Positions 1 to 9,935 are shown, numbered from the stretch's first letter. The stretch: DNA of 64,000 nucleotides from an uncultured Holophagales bacterium (GCA_963844885.1 CAWJQA010000001.1:68575-132574); one strand, 5' to 3'. The notes: generated from the letters alone by a model not told the origin. Numbers and translations are program-made.

Positions 1-1744
1 GGTTCGTCTCGCAGCCGAGGAGAAGAAGGATGGGGTAGGGGCCGTCCGGCTGGCGCCGGACGTGATCGATGCGCACGAGCTCGGACTTGAGGCGGTCGCT
101 CTCGCCGATCTCGAGGATCTCCTCGTCGGGGCTCTGCTCGTGGTGAGGGAGGAGGATGAGGAGCGACGGCGAGGTCGAGCCGACTTCGGACGTCCAGTTC
201 TTCCAGGTGCTCGCCCGGTGCGCAGGGCCGCGCTTTTGGAGAGCTTCGAAAAGGTCGTCCACGGCGGTGGCTTTCACTTCAGAGGCCCGGCCGCTGGCGG
301 CGAGGAGGGATGTCCCCGAGATCGGCAACGGGCTCCTTTCCCGGATGGGCTCGGGTCGCAGGAGAAAGTCGCCGTCCATCCGGTTGTCCTCGATCTGATG
401 GGCGTGGCGCTCGATGATCCGGCTGAGACCCCAAAAGCCGAGGGGGCAGACGTTCTGCCGCCGGTCCACGGAGCAGCCTCCCGGGCACTCCCCCTTCTGG
501 AGCGCCTCGGCCGCGTTGGGGCAGAGCCCGGCGGTGTCCTCCGGCGGATCGAAGCTGTAGAGCAGCTCGATGGGGAAGAACGAGCCGGGCTTGGCCGAGG
601 TGAGGTGGATGCGCCGAGCATCGGCAAGGACAGCCAGCTCGGTGTGATCACGGAGGGTCTCGTGAAGCGAGCCGCCCTTCTGCGCCAGGGTCCGGAGAAG
701 CTCCACCGATCCCGGGCTGTCGAGCTGGGCGTAGCTGTCGGGATCGCTGGCGGCGCTGGAGATCTGCCTGGCGAGAAACCGGGTCAGACCCTCCAGCGGG
801 CCGTCGTCCAGGGCGATGACGGCGGCTTTCCCGCCCGCGGCGGCGGTCAGCCGGGGTATCCCCTCTCCGTCGTGGTTCAGGACGAGGGCGGCATCGAACG
901 CCGTGCGCCCCGAGAGGCCTTCGAGCATGGTTCGAGGCGCCGCGTCGAGGCCGAAGGTCCACGGGCGGCTGCCATCCATGGGCGCTCGCAGGACTCCCGT
1001 CTGAAGCACCCGATTGGCGTGGAGGATGGTGACGCGCGCTGTGATCGATTCCAATCCCTCCGGAACCTCGAACGTGAATCGGACCGGCAGGCTGTTCCCC
1101 TTGGGAGGCAGCCACAGGGTTTCAATCTGAGGCTTGGAACAGACCCGAGGCTCCCAGAAGAGCACGGTGAGCTGATGGCCTTCCGGACCATCCTGCTCCT
1201 GCAGGGGGAAGGGCTCTTCGACGCTCTTCCATTGCCGGTCGGGCACGCCTACCCGGATGGAGGCGGTGTAGGTTCTCTCGTGGTTGGAGAGCTGCGCCTG
1301 GAGGAAACGCATCTGCGGCTGATCGACCTCGATCGCCCCACCGGGCGAGGGGCCCTTGTTGATGTCGATGTCGACCGCATACGAGCCTTGCAAGATCGCG
1401 CGGGCGGAGGCGCCGACCTCGGGCCGTGAGAGCTGTTCCTCCACCCAGGCGCGAGGAAGCGAGGACAGGCCCGCGGGATCGATCTTGATCAGGCGGGCTC
1501 CCCGAATGGGGAGTCCGAGCACCAGGGACCATGCCTCGGCGAGGACACAGGGATCGAAGCGAGCCGCCTGTGCGCTCAGCCGCCAGGCCACGTCGCGTTC
1601 AAGCCGGTCATTGATCTTCGCCGCCAGCCGATCCGCGGGCCAGGACGGCTCGGCTTCGGGAGGCAGCATCCCCGCCGCCGCCAGGGCGCGCGCGAAGTCC
1701 GCGGCGGACAGCTCGCTTCCCCAAGGTCCGAAACGCTTTCGCAT
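1..1744 (-). CDS. CHAT (caspase-like) domain protein, 3' end runs off the window
   Basis: Hand-translated frame from ATG at 1744 (MRKRFGPWGSE...) with no stop seen to the window edge. It ends ...SLLILLPHHEQ...PYPILLLLGCETN, resembling the CHAT His and Cys strands. It is absent from the ORF track because it has no stop; 62..1429(+) is its antisense shadow. Confidence 0.7.
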   Translation of the reverse strand, partial: MRKRFGPWGSELSAADFARALAAAGMLPPEAEPSWPADRLAAKINDRLERDVAWRLSAQAARFDPCVLAEAWSLVLGLPIRGARLIKIDPAGLSSLPRAWVEEQLSRPEVGASARAILQGSYAVDIDINKGPSPGGAIEVDQPQMRFLQAQLSNHERTYTASIRVGVPDRQWKSVEEPFPLQEQDGPEGHQLTVLFWEPRVCSKPQIETLWLPPKGNSLPVRFTFEVPEGLESITARVTILHANRVLQTGVLRAPMDGSRPWTFGLDAAPRTMLEGLSGRTAFDAALVLNHDGEGIPRLTAAAGGKAAVIALDDGPLEGLTRFLARQISSAASDPDSYAQLDSPGSVELLRTLAQKGGSLHETLRDHTELAVLADARRIHLTSAKPGSFFPIELLYSFDPPEDTAGLCPNAAEALQKGECPGGCSVDRRQNVCPLGFWGLSRIIERHAHQIEDNRMDGDFLLRPEPIRERSPLPISGTSLLAASGRASEVKATAVDDLFEALQKRGPAHRASTWKNWTSEVGSTSPSLLILLPHHEQSPDEEILEIGESDRLKSELVRIDHVRRQPDGPYPILLLLGCETN

Positions 1745-1823
1745 CGAAAGATCCCCGATTCCTTCAGGACTCTCGCGACTATATCCCTCGATGTGAGAAA
1801 GACACCCTTTTCGCCCCGTCTGG

Positions 1824-2591
1824 TTAGTAGCCCTCTCGGGTTCGGTCCGTGAGCGCCGAGACCACGGCGTCGACGAGTCCCTGGTCTCCGGGCCGCGCCG
1901 CTTCGGCGGCCGGCTCGATCTCCAGGCGCCGCAGCTCGGCGCTGGTCACCGGTCCGATCGAGGCGGCCCGCAGCTCGGGCCGGCGGCGCTCCCAGTCCGC
2001 TCCGAACAGCCCGATGAAGTGGCGGACGATGCGCGGGCTGGTGAAGGTCACCCAGCCGATGGGGGAGCGGTCGAACAGCTCCGCCGCCCGGCGGGGAGCA
2101 TCCGCGGGCAGCCGTTTGTCATAGGCCACGACCGGCACCGCCTCGGCGCCGGCCCGCACGAGGCCGTCGAGCAGCGCCGGCCGGGCGTCGGACGCCTGCG
2201 GCAGAAGCACCCGCTGCCGCCGGCTCACCTGCGGCCCGAGCTCGGCCACGAGCCCTTCGGCGTCGGCTTTCGAGGCGGTCAGGTGCGGCTCGATCTCCCA
2301 CGCCCGAAGCGCCTCGGCCGTGGCCGGTCCCACCGCCGCCACCCGCAGCCGGTGAGGCATCCCGCCGCCGGTCAACGGAAGGAAGGCCTCGACGGCGTTC
2401 GAGGAGGTGAAGACCACCCAATCGTACAGGGCCAGCTCGGACGCGGCCCGCTCCAGCGGCCGCGGATCGAGCGGCGGAACGATCTCCAGGAGGGGGAGCG
2501 GCTCGGTTTGGAAACCGGCGGCCTCGAAGGCGGAAGCGAGACCTTCGGACTGGTGCTCGGCGCGGGTGATGACGACGCGGGGGGGCGTCAT
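1824..2591 (-). CDS. hemD: Uroporphyrinogen-III synthase
   Basis: RVVITRAEHQ, DWVVFTSSNAV, AVGPATA and VTFTSP motifs; follows hemC with an ATGA overlap. Confidence 0.93.
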   Translation of the reverse strand: MTPPRVVITRAEHQSEGLASAFEAAGFQTEPLPLLEIVPPLDPRPLERAASELALYDWVVFTSSNAVEAFLPLTGGGMPHRLRVAAVGPATAEALRAWEIEPHLTASKADAEGLVAELGPQVSRRQRVLLPQASDARPALLDGLVRAGAEAVPVVAYDKRLPADAPRRAAELFDRSPIGWVTFTSPRIVRHFIGLFGADWERRRPELRAASIGPVTSAELRRLEIEPAAEAARPGDQGLVDAVVSALTDRTREGY

Positions 2592-3493
2592 CTCCTGATC
2601 CGCGCCAGCACCTCGGCCGCTCCGTCCTCCCGCATTGCCCGGACGCACTCGGCGGCGATCTCTTCAGGGTCGGTACCGCTGGCCTCTCCCCGTGCGGCGA
2701 GCGAGCCGTCGGGGGTGGCCAGGAGCGCGGTCAGGCGGAGGCCGTGGCTGTCGGCGCGCGCCCAGGCGGCGAGAGGGAGGGTGCAGTCTCCTCCGAAGGC
2801 GGCCACGACGAGGCGCTCGGCGCGGGCGGCGAGCGCGGTGGGGGGGTGGTCCAGGGCGCGGACCAGCTCCTCGGCCTGGCTGCCGGCGCGGACCTCCAGC
2901 GCCAGGATGCCCTGGCACGGCGCGGGGATCAGGACTTCCGGAGAGATCGGGTGCGCGGGCAGACCGGTCAGGCCCAGGCGGGTCAGGCCGGCCGCGGCGA
3001 GGATCACGCCTCCGGCGTTGCGCTCCCTCCACTTGCGGAGACGGGTGTCGACGTTGCCGCGGATCGGCTCCACCTGAAGGTCCGGCCGGCGGAGGAGGAT
3101 CTGGGCGCGGCGGCGGAGCGCTCCGGTCAGCACCACGGCTCCCTCCGGCAGGCCGTCCAGATCCTCGGCGGCTTCGCTCACCAGGGCGTCGCGCGGGTCG
3201 GCCCGCTCGGGATGGGCGGCCACGACCAGGCCGCCGGGGAGCGAGACCGGGAGATCCTTCATGCTGTGGACCGCGAGGTCCAGCGAGTCGTCGAGCAGAC
3301 CGCTCTCCAGCTCCTGGGTGAAGAGCCCCTTGCCGCCGACCTCGGCGAGATCGCCTTTCACGACATCGCCCGTGGTGACCATCGGGATCAGCTCGACGGT
3401 CAGCCCGGGGTGGCGCTCCTCCAGGGCGCGGGCCATCATCCCGGACTGCGCCAACGCCAGGGCGCTCCGGCGGGTTCCAAGCCTGAGCTTCAT
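2588..3493 (-). CDS. hemC: Hydroxymethylbilane synthase (porphobilinogen deaminase)
   Basis: LGTRRSALALAQ, GGKGLFTQELE, DLAVHSMKDLP, IRGNVDTRL, GGDCTLPLA. Confidence 0.97.
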   Translation of the reverse strand: MKLRLGTRRSALALAQSGMMARALEERHPGLTVELIPMVTTGDVVKGDLAEVGGKGLFTQELESGLLDDSLDLAVHSMKDLPVSLPGGLVVAAHPERADPRDALVSEAAEDLDGLPEGAVVLTGALRRRAQILLRRPDLQVEPIRGNVDTRLRKWRERNAGGVILAAAGLTRLGLTGLPAHPISPEVLIPAPCQGILALEVRAGSQAEELVRALDHPPTALAARAERLVVAAFGGDCTLPLAAWARADSHGLRLTALLATPDGSLAARGEASGTDPEEIAAECVRAMREDGAAEVLARIRR

Positions 3494-3494
3494 G

Positions 3495-4808
3495 TCAGCT
3501 TTTTTCCTCGTCGTCGAGCCGGAACAGCTCCCGGACCAGGTGGAGTCGGGACAGGTCGTGGCCGGCCTCCCCGTTGGCGCCGCGCTGTCCCCGCTGCCCG
3601 CGGATCTGAGTGCTGGGATGGTGGAGGATCTTGCGCACGAGGGCCCGGGTGAGCCGTTCGAGGTCGCCGTGGGTCTCGGGGGGGAAGCGGCTGAGCGCCG
3701 CCTCGACCTCGTGCTGGCGGATCTTCTCGGCCTGCTTCTGGATCTGGGCCACGACCGGCTCGGCCTCCAGGTTGCGGTACCAGGCGCGGAACTGGTTCAG
3801 CTCCTCCTCGACGATCTCCTGGACGTGCGGAACCTCCTCTTTGCGCTTCCGGAGGTTGCGCTGAATCAGATGCTCCAGCGAGTCGATCGTGTGGAGGAAG
3901 AGGTTCTCGATCTTGCCGGCCGAGGGCTCGACGTTGCGCGGCACCCCGAGATCCACCACCAGCAGCGGGCTCGTGGAGCGGGACGCCATGGCCTCTTTGA
4001 GCTGTTTGCGGGTGAGGACCGGCTCCTCGGCGCCGGTCGTCGCCACCACCACCTCGGCCTCGCGCACCGCGGCCATGCGCTCCTCGAAGGGGATGAGGAC
4101 GGCCTGCGGGATCTCCTCCTTGAACTGCTGTGCCCGTTCGGCGCCCCGGTTCGCCACCAGCAGCTCCCGGGCGCCGCGCTCCACCAGGGGGCGGGCCACG
4201 GAGCGGGCGATCTCGCCGGCGCCGATCAGCAGCACCCGGCAGTTCTCCATGCCGCTGAAGATGTTGCGCGCCAGCTCCACGATCGCGTAGCCCAGGGAGA
4301 CGGCGCCGGCCGTGATCGCGGTCTCCTGGCGGGCGCGGGCCCCGGCGACCCCGGCGCTGCGCAGCAGGCGCCGGACCACCGGTCCGCTCGCCCCGATCGT
4401 TTCGGCCAGGGCGGCGGACTGCTTGATCTGGCCCAGGATCTCGGGCTCGCCGAGCACCATCGACTCCAGGCCGCTGGCCACTTCGAGGAGATGGCGGGCG
4501 GCTTCGCCGTTGCGCTTGACGTAGAGCCGGCCGGGCTTTTCCATCTCGGCCACGCGCTTGAGAAACGTCAGCTCCAGGGCGGCCTGGTAGGCCTCATCCT
4601 CGTCGCGGGGCTGGACGTAGATCTCCGTACGGTTGCAGGTCGAAAGCAGGAACGCCTCGGCGATTCCCGGCCGGGCGAGGAGGTGGACGAGGAGATCTTC
4701 ACCCTCGGCGCCGTGGTAGGCCACCTTCTCCCGCAACTCGATGGGAGAGCAGCGGAAGTCGGTGCCGATCAGCAGGAGCGGCGGCTCGGGCGGCTCAGAG
4801 GAAGCCAT
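3495..4808 (-). CDS. hemA: Glutamyl-tRNA reductase
   Basis: LSTCNRTE, SGLESMVLGEPEILGQ, IGAGE, DLGVPRNVE. Confidence 0.97.
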   Translation of the reverse strand: MASSEPPEPPLLLIGTDFRCSPIELREKVAYHGAEGEDLLVHLLARPGIAEAFLLSTCNRTEIYVQPRDEDEAYQAALELTFLKRVAEMEKPGRLYVKRNGEAARHLLEVASGLESMVLGEPEILGQIKQSAALAETIGASGPVVRRLLRSAGVAGARARQETAITAGAVSLGYAIVELARNIFSGMENCRVLLIGAGEIARSVARPLVERGARELLVANRGAERAQQFKEEIPQAVLIPFEERMAAVREAEVVVATTGAEEPVLTRKQLKEAMASRSTSPLLVVDLGVPRNVEPSAGKIENLFLHTIDSLEHLIQRNLRKRKEEVPHVQEIVEEELNQFRAWYRNLEAEPVVAQIQKQAEKIRQHEVEAALSRFPPETHGDLERLTRALVRKILHHPSTQIRGQRGQRGANGEAGHDLSRLHLVRELFRLDDEEKS

Positions 4809-5619
4809 GGAAGTCCGTGAAGAAGAAGTTGACCGCCATCAGGGAGAAAAGGATCGCACAGAGGCCGGCCAGGCTGGCGATGGCCGTCTGCCGCCCCTTC
4901 CAGCGCCGCAGCCGGCGCAGAGTCAAGGCGACGGCGTAAAGCGTCCAGGTGGCGAAGGTGATGAGGATCTTCGGATCGTGCATCCAGGCGCCGTGGTAGA
5001 GGCGCTGCGCCCAGAACCCGCCGGTGATCACCGCGCCCGTCAGGGTCACGAAGCCCACCGTGAGCGCGCCGATCATCATCCGCTCCAGCACTTCCAGGGG
5101 CGGCAGCTTGCCGAAGAACGTGGAGAAGCGTCCGGACTTGAGGTCGCGGTAGAGCTGGAGGAAGAGGAAGGCATAGGCGGACGCCACCACGAACGCCGCA
5201 TAGCCCAGCAAGGCCAGCGACACGTGGATGCCGAAGAACAGGTCGTGGAAGATCGCCCGGTCCGGCGGGTTCGGCCGGGTCAGGAGCGACGACAGGAGCT
5301 GAAAGAAGAACACCAGCGACACCATCCAGAACCCGGTCGAGCGCTCGCGGCCGTGCCACTCCACGAACACGTACACCACGGCCACCGCGAAGGCGACGAT
5401 CGACAGCGCCTGGGAGACGGTGGCGGCTGGGAACTGCCGGTGATGGACGGCGAGGCCGGCCAGGTAGGCCAGGTGGAGCAGGGCGGTGCCGCGCAGGAGC
5501 GGGGTGGCCGCGCGGTTCGCCGTCGGATGGGCGGCGAAGAAGATGAACCCGTAGCTGATCGCCGCCGCCAGGTAGAGCAGCGGGAGCAGGATGTTGGCGA
5601 CGTCCAGGAAGGTGGTCAA
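4795..5619 (-). CDS. ccsA: Cytochrome c biogenesis protein CcsA/HemX family
   Basis: Multi-pass membrane protein with the GGFWAQRLYHGAWMHDPK tryptophan-rich motif, directly upstream of hemA. Confidence 0.88.
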   Translation of the reverse strand: MTTFLDVANILLPLLYLAAAISYGFIFFAAHPTANRAATPLLRGTALLHLAYLAGLAVHHRQFPAATVSQALSIVAFAVAVVYVFVEWHGRERSTGFWMVSLVFFFQLLSSLLTRPNPPDRAIFHDLFFGIHVSLALLGYAAFVVASAYAFLFLQLYRDLKSGRFSTFFGKLPPLEVLERMMIGALTVGFVTLTGAVITGGFWAQRLYHGAWMHDPKILITFATWTLYAVALTLRRLRRWKGRQTAIASLAGLCAILFSLMAVNFFFTDFHGFL

Positions 5620-5668
5620 ATCAGGGCCTCGGGCTTGACATGGTTCCGCACCGGGATGCTAACACTTC

Positions 5669-5697
5669 TTGCCCGTCCGGAGCGCCTCTGCTACTGT
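5669..5697 (+). promoter_or_regulatory. Putative sigma70 promoter for purA (TTGCCC-N17-TACTGT, extended TG)
   Basis: Hexamers read by eye in the ccsA/purA divergent gap; nearly the same pair (TTGCCA-N17-TACTGT) occurs at 55970-55998. Confidence 0.35.
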
Positions 5698-5728
5698 CCA
5701 GCGGTTTGCGCTGCTGAGGAGCCGACAC

Positions 5729-7060
5729 ATGGCCAATACCATAATTATCGGGATGCAGTGGGGAGACGAAGGCAAGGGGAAGATCGTCGATCTCCTCTGC
5801 CCGGCCTTCGACGCCGTGGTCCGCTACCAGGGAGGCCACAACGCGGGACACACGGTCAAGTTCCGGGACCGCCACTTCTCCCTCCAACTCATCCCGTCGG
5901 GCATCCTTCACGAGGGGATGCTCTGCGTGATGGGCAACGGCATGGTCATCTCCCCGGAGCACTTCCTGAGTGAGCTCGGACGCCTCCACGAGGCCGGGGT
6001 GGACTCCAAGGACCGGCTCTTCGTCGCCCAGCGCGCCACCGTGCTGCTGCCCTGCCATGCGGAGCTCGACCAGGCGCGCGAAGCGGCCCGGGGAGAGGGG
6101 AAGATCGGCACCACCTCCCGCGGCATCGGCCCGGCTTACGAGAGCAAGGTCTCCCGCTACGGCCTGCGCATGTGCGACCTCTTCGCCGACGACCTGGAAG
6201 CCAGGCTCGCCATGCAGCTCGGCAAGATCCAGGCCGAGCTGTCGAGCCTCGGCAACGAGTCCGTGCCCCAGATGGCCGAGTACGCCGACCGCTGCCGCGC
6301 CTGGGGAGAGAGCCTCCGGCCCTTCCTGCGCGACACCGAGCAGCTCCTGAACACCTGGATCGCCGAAGGCAAGAGCCTCCTTTTCGAGGGCGCGCAGGGG
6401 ACTCTGCTGGACGTGGACCACGGCACCTATCCTTTCGTCACCAGCTCCAACTCGACCTCCGGCGGCGCCTGCACGGGCACCGGAGTGCCCCCGAGCCGCA
6501 TCGACGGCGCGATCGGAGTCCTCAAGGCTTATACAACGCGGGTGGGCGGCGGACCCTTCCCGAGCGAGCTCTCCGGCGACGTGGCCGAATTCCTGCGCGG
6601 GCGCGGCAACGAGTACGGCACCGTCACCGGCCGGCCGCGCCGCTGCGGCTGGATGGACACGGTCGTGGCGCGCTATGCCCGCCTGATCAACGGCATCGAC
6701 GTCATCGCCCTGACCAAGCTGGACGTCCTGGACGACTTCGACGAGATCCCGGTCTGCACGGGCTACCGCATCCGCGGCGAGGTGGTCCGCGACTTCCCCT
6801 GCGACCGCAGGAGCCTGGAGAGCGCCGAGCCGATCCTGAAGACCCTCAAAGGCTGGAAGCGTTCGACCGTGGGAGTCCTGGAAGAGCGCGACCTGCCGCG
6901 CGAGGCCCGGGTGTACATCGACTTCCTCCAGGAGGAGGTCGGCGCCCCGATCGCCCTGATCTCCACTGGCCCCCGGCGCGAGGAGACGCTCGTCCCCGAG
7001 CAGCCGGACCTGGCCCGCCTGACCTCCGGCCGCCTGGGACAGGTGCTGGAGCAGCGCTAG
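5729..7060 (+). CDS. purA: Adenylosuccinate synthetase
   Basis: GMQWGDEGKGKIVD, RYQGGHNAGHT, FEGAQG, GTVTGRPRRCGW. Confidence 0.98.
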   Translation: MANTIIIGMQWGDEGKGKIVDLLCPAFDAVVRYQGGHNAGHTVKFRDRHFSLQLIPSGILHEGMLCVMGNGMVISPEHFLSELGRLHEAGVDSKDRLFVAQRATVLLPCHAELDQAREAARGEGKIGTTSRGIGPAYESKVSRYGLRMCDLFADDLEARLAMQLGKIQAELSSLGNESVPQMAEYADRCRAWGESLRPFLRDTEQLLNTWIAEGKSLLFEGAQGTLLDVDHGTYPFVTSSNSTSGGACTGTGVPPSRIDGAIGVLKAYTTRVGGGPFPSELSGDVAEFLRGRGNEYGTVTGRPRRCGWMDTVVARYARLINGIDVIALTKLDVLDDFDEIPVCTGYRIRGEVVRDFPCDRRSLESAEPILKTLKGWKRSTVGVLEERDLPREARVYIDFLQEEVGAPIALISTGPRREETLVPEQPDLARLTSGRLGQVLEQR

Positions 7061-7163
7061 GAGCCTGTCGGGAAACCGCCACGGGTCGGAATCCCGGATA
7101 ACCTCTGCGGGTTGATGTAGGGGCGCAGTCGCTCCTGTACGGCGCCGTGGAATCAGAAGACCC

Positions 7164-8993
7164 ATGTCCCACTCCGAGCCCCTCGTCGAACGCATCCGGG
7201 AGCTGCCCGACCGGCCCGGCATCTACATCTTCAAGGATGTAGACGGGAAGATCCTGTACGTCGGCAAGGCCACGTCGCTACGCAAACGGGCGTCGTCGTA
7301 CCTGACGCGCGACCATGAGCCCCGGCTCGCCGCCATGGTCTCCGAGGCCGTCGATCTGGAGTACGTGGTCACCGACTCGCCGGCCGAGGCGCTGCTGCTC
7401 GAGAACAACTGGATCAAGAGCCGCCGGCCGCGCTACAACATTCTGCTCCGGGACGACAAGACCTACCCCTACGTCAAGCTCACCCTGGAGGACGAATATC
7501 CGCGCATCGCGTTCACCCGCCGCATCCGGAACGACAAGGGGGACTACTTCGGCCCGTTCCTGCCGGGCGGCCTGGCGCGCAAGGCTATCAAGCTGGTGCA
7601 GAAGCTGTTCCAGGTCCGGGTCTGCCGCATCGAGATCGACGGCAGCCTGCCGCGGCCGTGCCTCTACTACGACATGCACCGCTGCCTCGGACCCTGCGCG
7701 GCCGGCCTGACCACCAAGGCGGCCTATGACGACGCGGTCCAGCAGGCGCGGCTGTTCCTCTCGGGGCGCAACGAGCAGCTCGTCCGCCGCCTCAAGAAGG
7801 AGATGTGGGAGGCCTCGGAGGATCTGGACTTCGAGCGCGCCGCGCGGCTGCGCGACACCCTCGGGGAGATCGAGGCCACCAGCCAGCGCCGCAAGCTCTC
7901 CTCGGTCGAGGACGAGGATCTCGACGTCTACGGCGTCCACGTGGCCGGCGGGAACGCGGCCATCGCCGTGCTCATCATGCGCGGCGGCCAGATCCTCGAC
8001 CGCCGCGAGCTGTTCTGGGAGGCGGTGGGCGAGATCTCGCCGGAGCGGCTGCTGTCCGAGGTGCTCCCCCAGGTCTACGACCGCACGACGTTCATCCCCA
8101 AGGAGATCCACCTGCCGCTGCCGATCGACGGCGAGGAGGCTCTCCTCGAATGGCTGTGCGGGAAGAAGGGGGAGAAGGTCTACGTGCGCCTCCCTTCGCG
8201 CGGCCCCAAGGCCGAGCGGGTGGCTCTCGCCATGCACAACGCGGTGTTGGCCCACAAGCGCCGGTTCCGCGGCATCGAGGAGAACCCCGGCGCCGCGGCG
8301 CTCGCCAAGCACCTGGACCTCGACGCGCCGCCGCGCCGGATCGAAGGCTTCGACATCTCCCACTTCCAGGGCGGCGAGACCGTGGCCTCCATGGTGGTCT
8401 GGGAGGAGGGGCGGATGCGCCGCGGCGAGTACCGGAGCTTCAACATCAAGGACCTCACGCAGCCGGACGACTTCGCGTCGATCCACCAGGCGGTCGACCG
8501 GCGCTATCGCCGCAGGCTGGAGGAGATCGGCGAGATGCCCGACCTGATCCTGATCGACGGCGGGCGCGGCCAGCTCAACGCGGCCCTCGACGCCCTCGCC
8601 GGCCTCGGCGTGGAGGAGACGCCGACGGTGTCGCTCGCCAAGCGGGAGGAGGAGATCTACATCCCCGGCCTCCCGGAGCCGCTCCGCCTGGAGCGCAACG
8701 ACGCCGGTCTGCGGCTGCTCCAGGAGATCCGGGACGAATCACACCGCTTCGCGGTCTCGAAGCACCGCGCCCGGCGCTCCGCCCGCACCCTGCGCAGCCG
8801 CCTGGACGACCTGTCCGGCATCGGACCGGGGCGCCGCAAGAAGCTGATCACGCACTTCGGCAGTGCCGAAGGGGTCCGCAACGCCCCGCTGAAAGACCTC
8901 CAGAAGATCCTCGGCAAGATCGTAGGACAGAAGATCTTCCAGCAGCTCCACCCGGCCGGTCCGCCGGACGGGCCTGTATCCACCGACGGTTGA
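7164..8993 (+). CDS. uvrC: Excinuclease ABC subunit C
   Basis: GIY-YIG (PGIYIF...LYVGKA), UVR domain, RIEGFDISH, DLILIDGGRGQL, C-terminal HhH. Confidence 0.97.
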   Translation: MSHSEPLVERIRELPDRPGIYIFKDVDGKILYVGKATSLRKRASSYLTRDHEPRLAAMVSEAVDLEYVVTDSPAEALLLENNWIKSRRPRYNILLRDDKTYPYVKLTLEDEYPRIAFTRRIRNDKGDYFGPFLPGGLARKAIKLVQKLFQVRVCRIEIDGSLPRPCLYYDMHRCLGPCAAGLTTKAAYDDAVQQARLFLSGRNEQLVRRLKKEMWEASEDLDFERAARLRDTLGEIEATSQRRKLSSVEDEDLDVYGVHVAGGNAAIAVLIMRGGQILDRRELFWEAVGEISPERLLSEVLPQVYDRTTFIPKEIHLPLPIDGEEALLEWLCGKKGEKVYVRLPSRGPKAERVALAMHNAVLAHKRRFRGIEENPGAAALAKHLDLDAPPRRIEGFDISHFQGGETVASMVVWEEGRMRRGEYRSFNIKDLTQPDDFASIHQAVDRRYRRRLEEIGEMPDLILIDGGRGQLNAALDALAGLGVEETPTVSLAKREEEIYIPGLPEPLRLERNDAGLRLLQEIRDESHRFAVSKHRARRSARTLRSRLDDLSGIGPGRRKKLITHFGSAEGVRNAPLKDLQKILGKIVGQKIFQQLHPAGPPDGPVSTDG

Positions 8994-9019
8994 TGGTAAG
9001 ATCTTCCCCGATCCGGACC

Positions 9020-9763
9020 ATGGACACGCAACGGGGACTCACGGACGAGGAATACCGGCTCTTCAGCGACCGCGTCGGCCGCGGCCTGAAGGAGCTGCCG
9101 CTCGTCGTCCTGCCCGCGGAGCACCGGGAGCAGGTGGCCGAGATGCTGCGCCAGGTCGGCGACGCGACCTTCTACCATCTGCTCGGCATCGACCCCGGCA
9201 CCGGCATGCGGGAGGTCCACGAGGCGTACGACCGGGTGTCGCGGCTCGTCCATCCCCTCAATGCGCGCCGGCTCGGCCTCGAAGGGCGGGAGGGGGTGCT
9301 CAAGCTGCTGTTCGAGCGCGCCACGCTGGCCTATCTGACCCTGAGCGATACGGACCGGCGGAAGGCCTACGACCGGGCGGTGGGGCCGGCCCGCTGGACG
9401 GCGCTCCGGCTGTCCCAGAAAGCCGGGGTTTCCAAGGACGACGAGGCCCGGCGCTGCCTGGAGCAGGCGCGGAGCCTGGCGGCGGCGGAGCAGTACCACT
9501 CCGCCATCGAGCTGCTCCGGCAGTCCATGGTCTTTTCTCCCACCCCCGAGGCCTGCGGTCTGATGGGGCTGCTCCTTGCCAAGAACCCGCAGTGGCTGAA
9601 CGAGGCGGCCGAGGCGCTGGAGCAGGCCCTGGAGATGGGCTCCACCGACGCCGCCGTCTCCGCGGCGCTCGAAGAGCTGCGGGGGACGGCCAAGAACAGG
9701 CCCGAAGAGAGCGGGAACGGCAAGCCAGGCCAGCCGATCCCCTTCCGCAAGCCGAAGCGCTGA
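9020..9763 (+). CDS. J-domain-like and TPR-like protein
   Basis: FYHLLGI...AYDRVSRLVHP...AYLTLSDTDRRKAYD (HPD motif is HPL here) followed by TPR-like helices; alternative start at 8993. Confidence 0.7.
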   Translation: MDTQRGLTDEEYRLFSDRVGRGLKELPLVVLPAEHREQVAEMLRQVGDATFYHLLGIDPGTGMREVHEAYDRVSRLVHPLNARRLGLEGREGVLKLLFERATLAYLTLSDTDRRKAYDRAVGPARWTALRLSQKAGVSKDDEARRCLEQARSLAAAEQYHSAIELLRQSMVFSPTPEACGLMGLLLAKNPQWLNEAAEALEQALEMGSTDAAVSAALEELRGTAKNRPEESGNGKPGQPIPFRKPKR

Positions 9764-9786
9764 GGCCCTCACCCCACCCGTCGCCT

Positions 9787-9870
9787 ACTGTAGGGGCAAC
9801 CCTTGTGGTTGCCCCCGTGTGGTTGCCCCCGTGGCGCCCAGAGGGCAGGCACAAGGCCTGCCCCTACAGT
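9787..9870. repeat. GTAG-type REP/REPIN-like element
   Basis: ACTGTAGGGGCAACCCTTGTGGTTGCCCC ... AGGGCAGGCACAAGGCCTGCCCCTACAGT: two imperfect palindromes with inverted GTAG ends; related copy at 31801-31854. Confidence 0.7.
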
Positions 9871-9935
9871 TGCGCTGGTGCATGTTGACGGGTCCGGTCA
9901 CGGTTTACCGGGCCCGACTGCGTGGCATCGCCCCG

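Noticed and set aside
62-1429. 455-aa plus-strand ORF
   Set aside because: In-register antisense shadow of the CHAT-like gene. Many other long ORFs in the track (e.g. 3261..4820, 5621..7222, 23790..25496, 53410..55920, 57803..60127, 61390..63468) are likewise shadows in high-GC DNA.
7057-7163. IS-end-like CTAGGAGCCTGTCGG after purA
   Set aside because: No matching inverted end or transposase found
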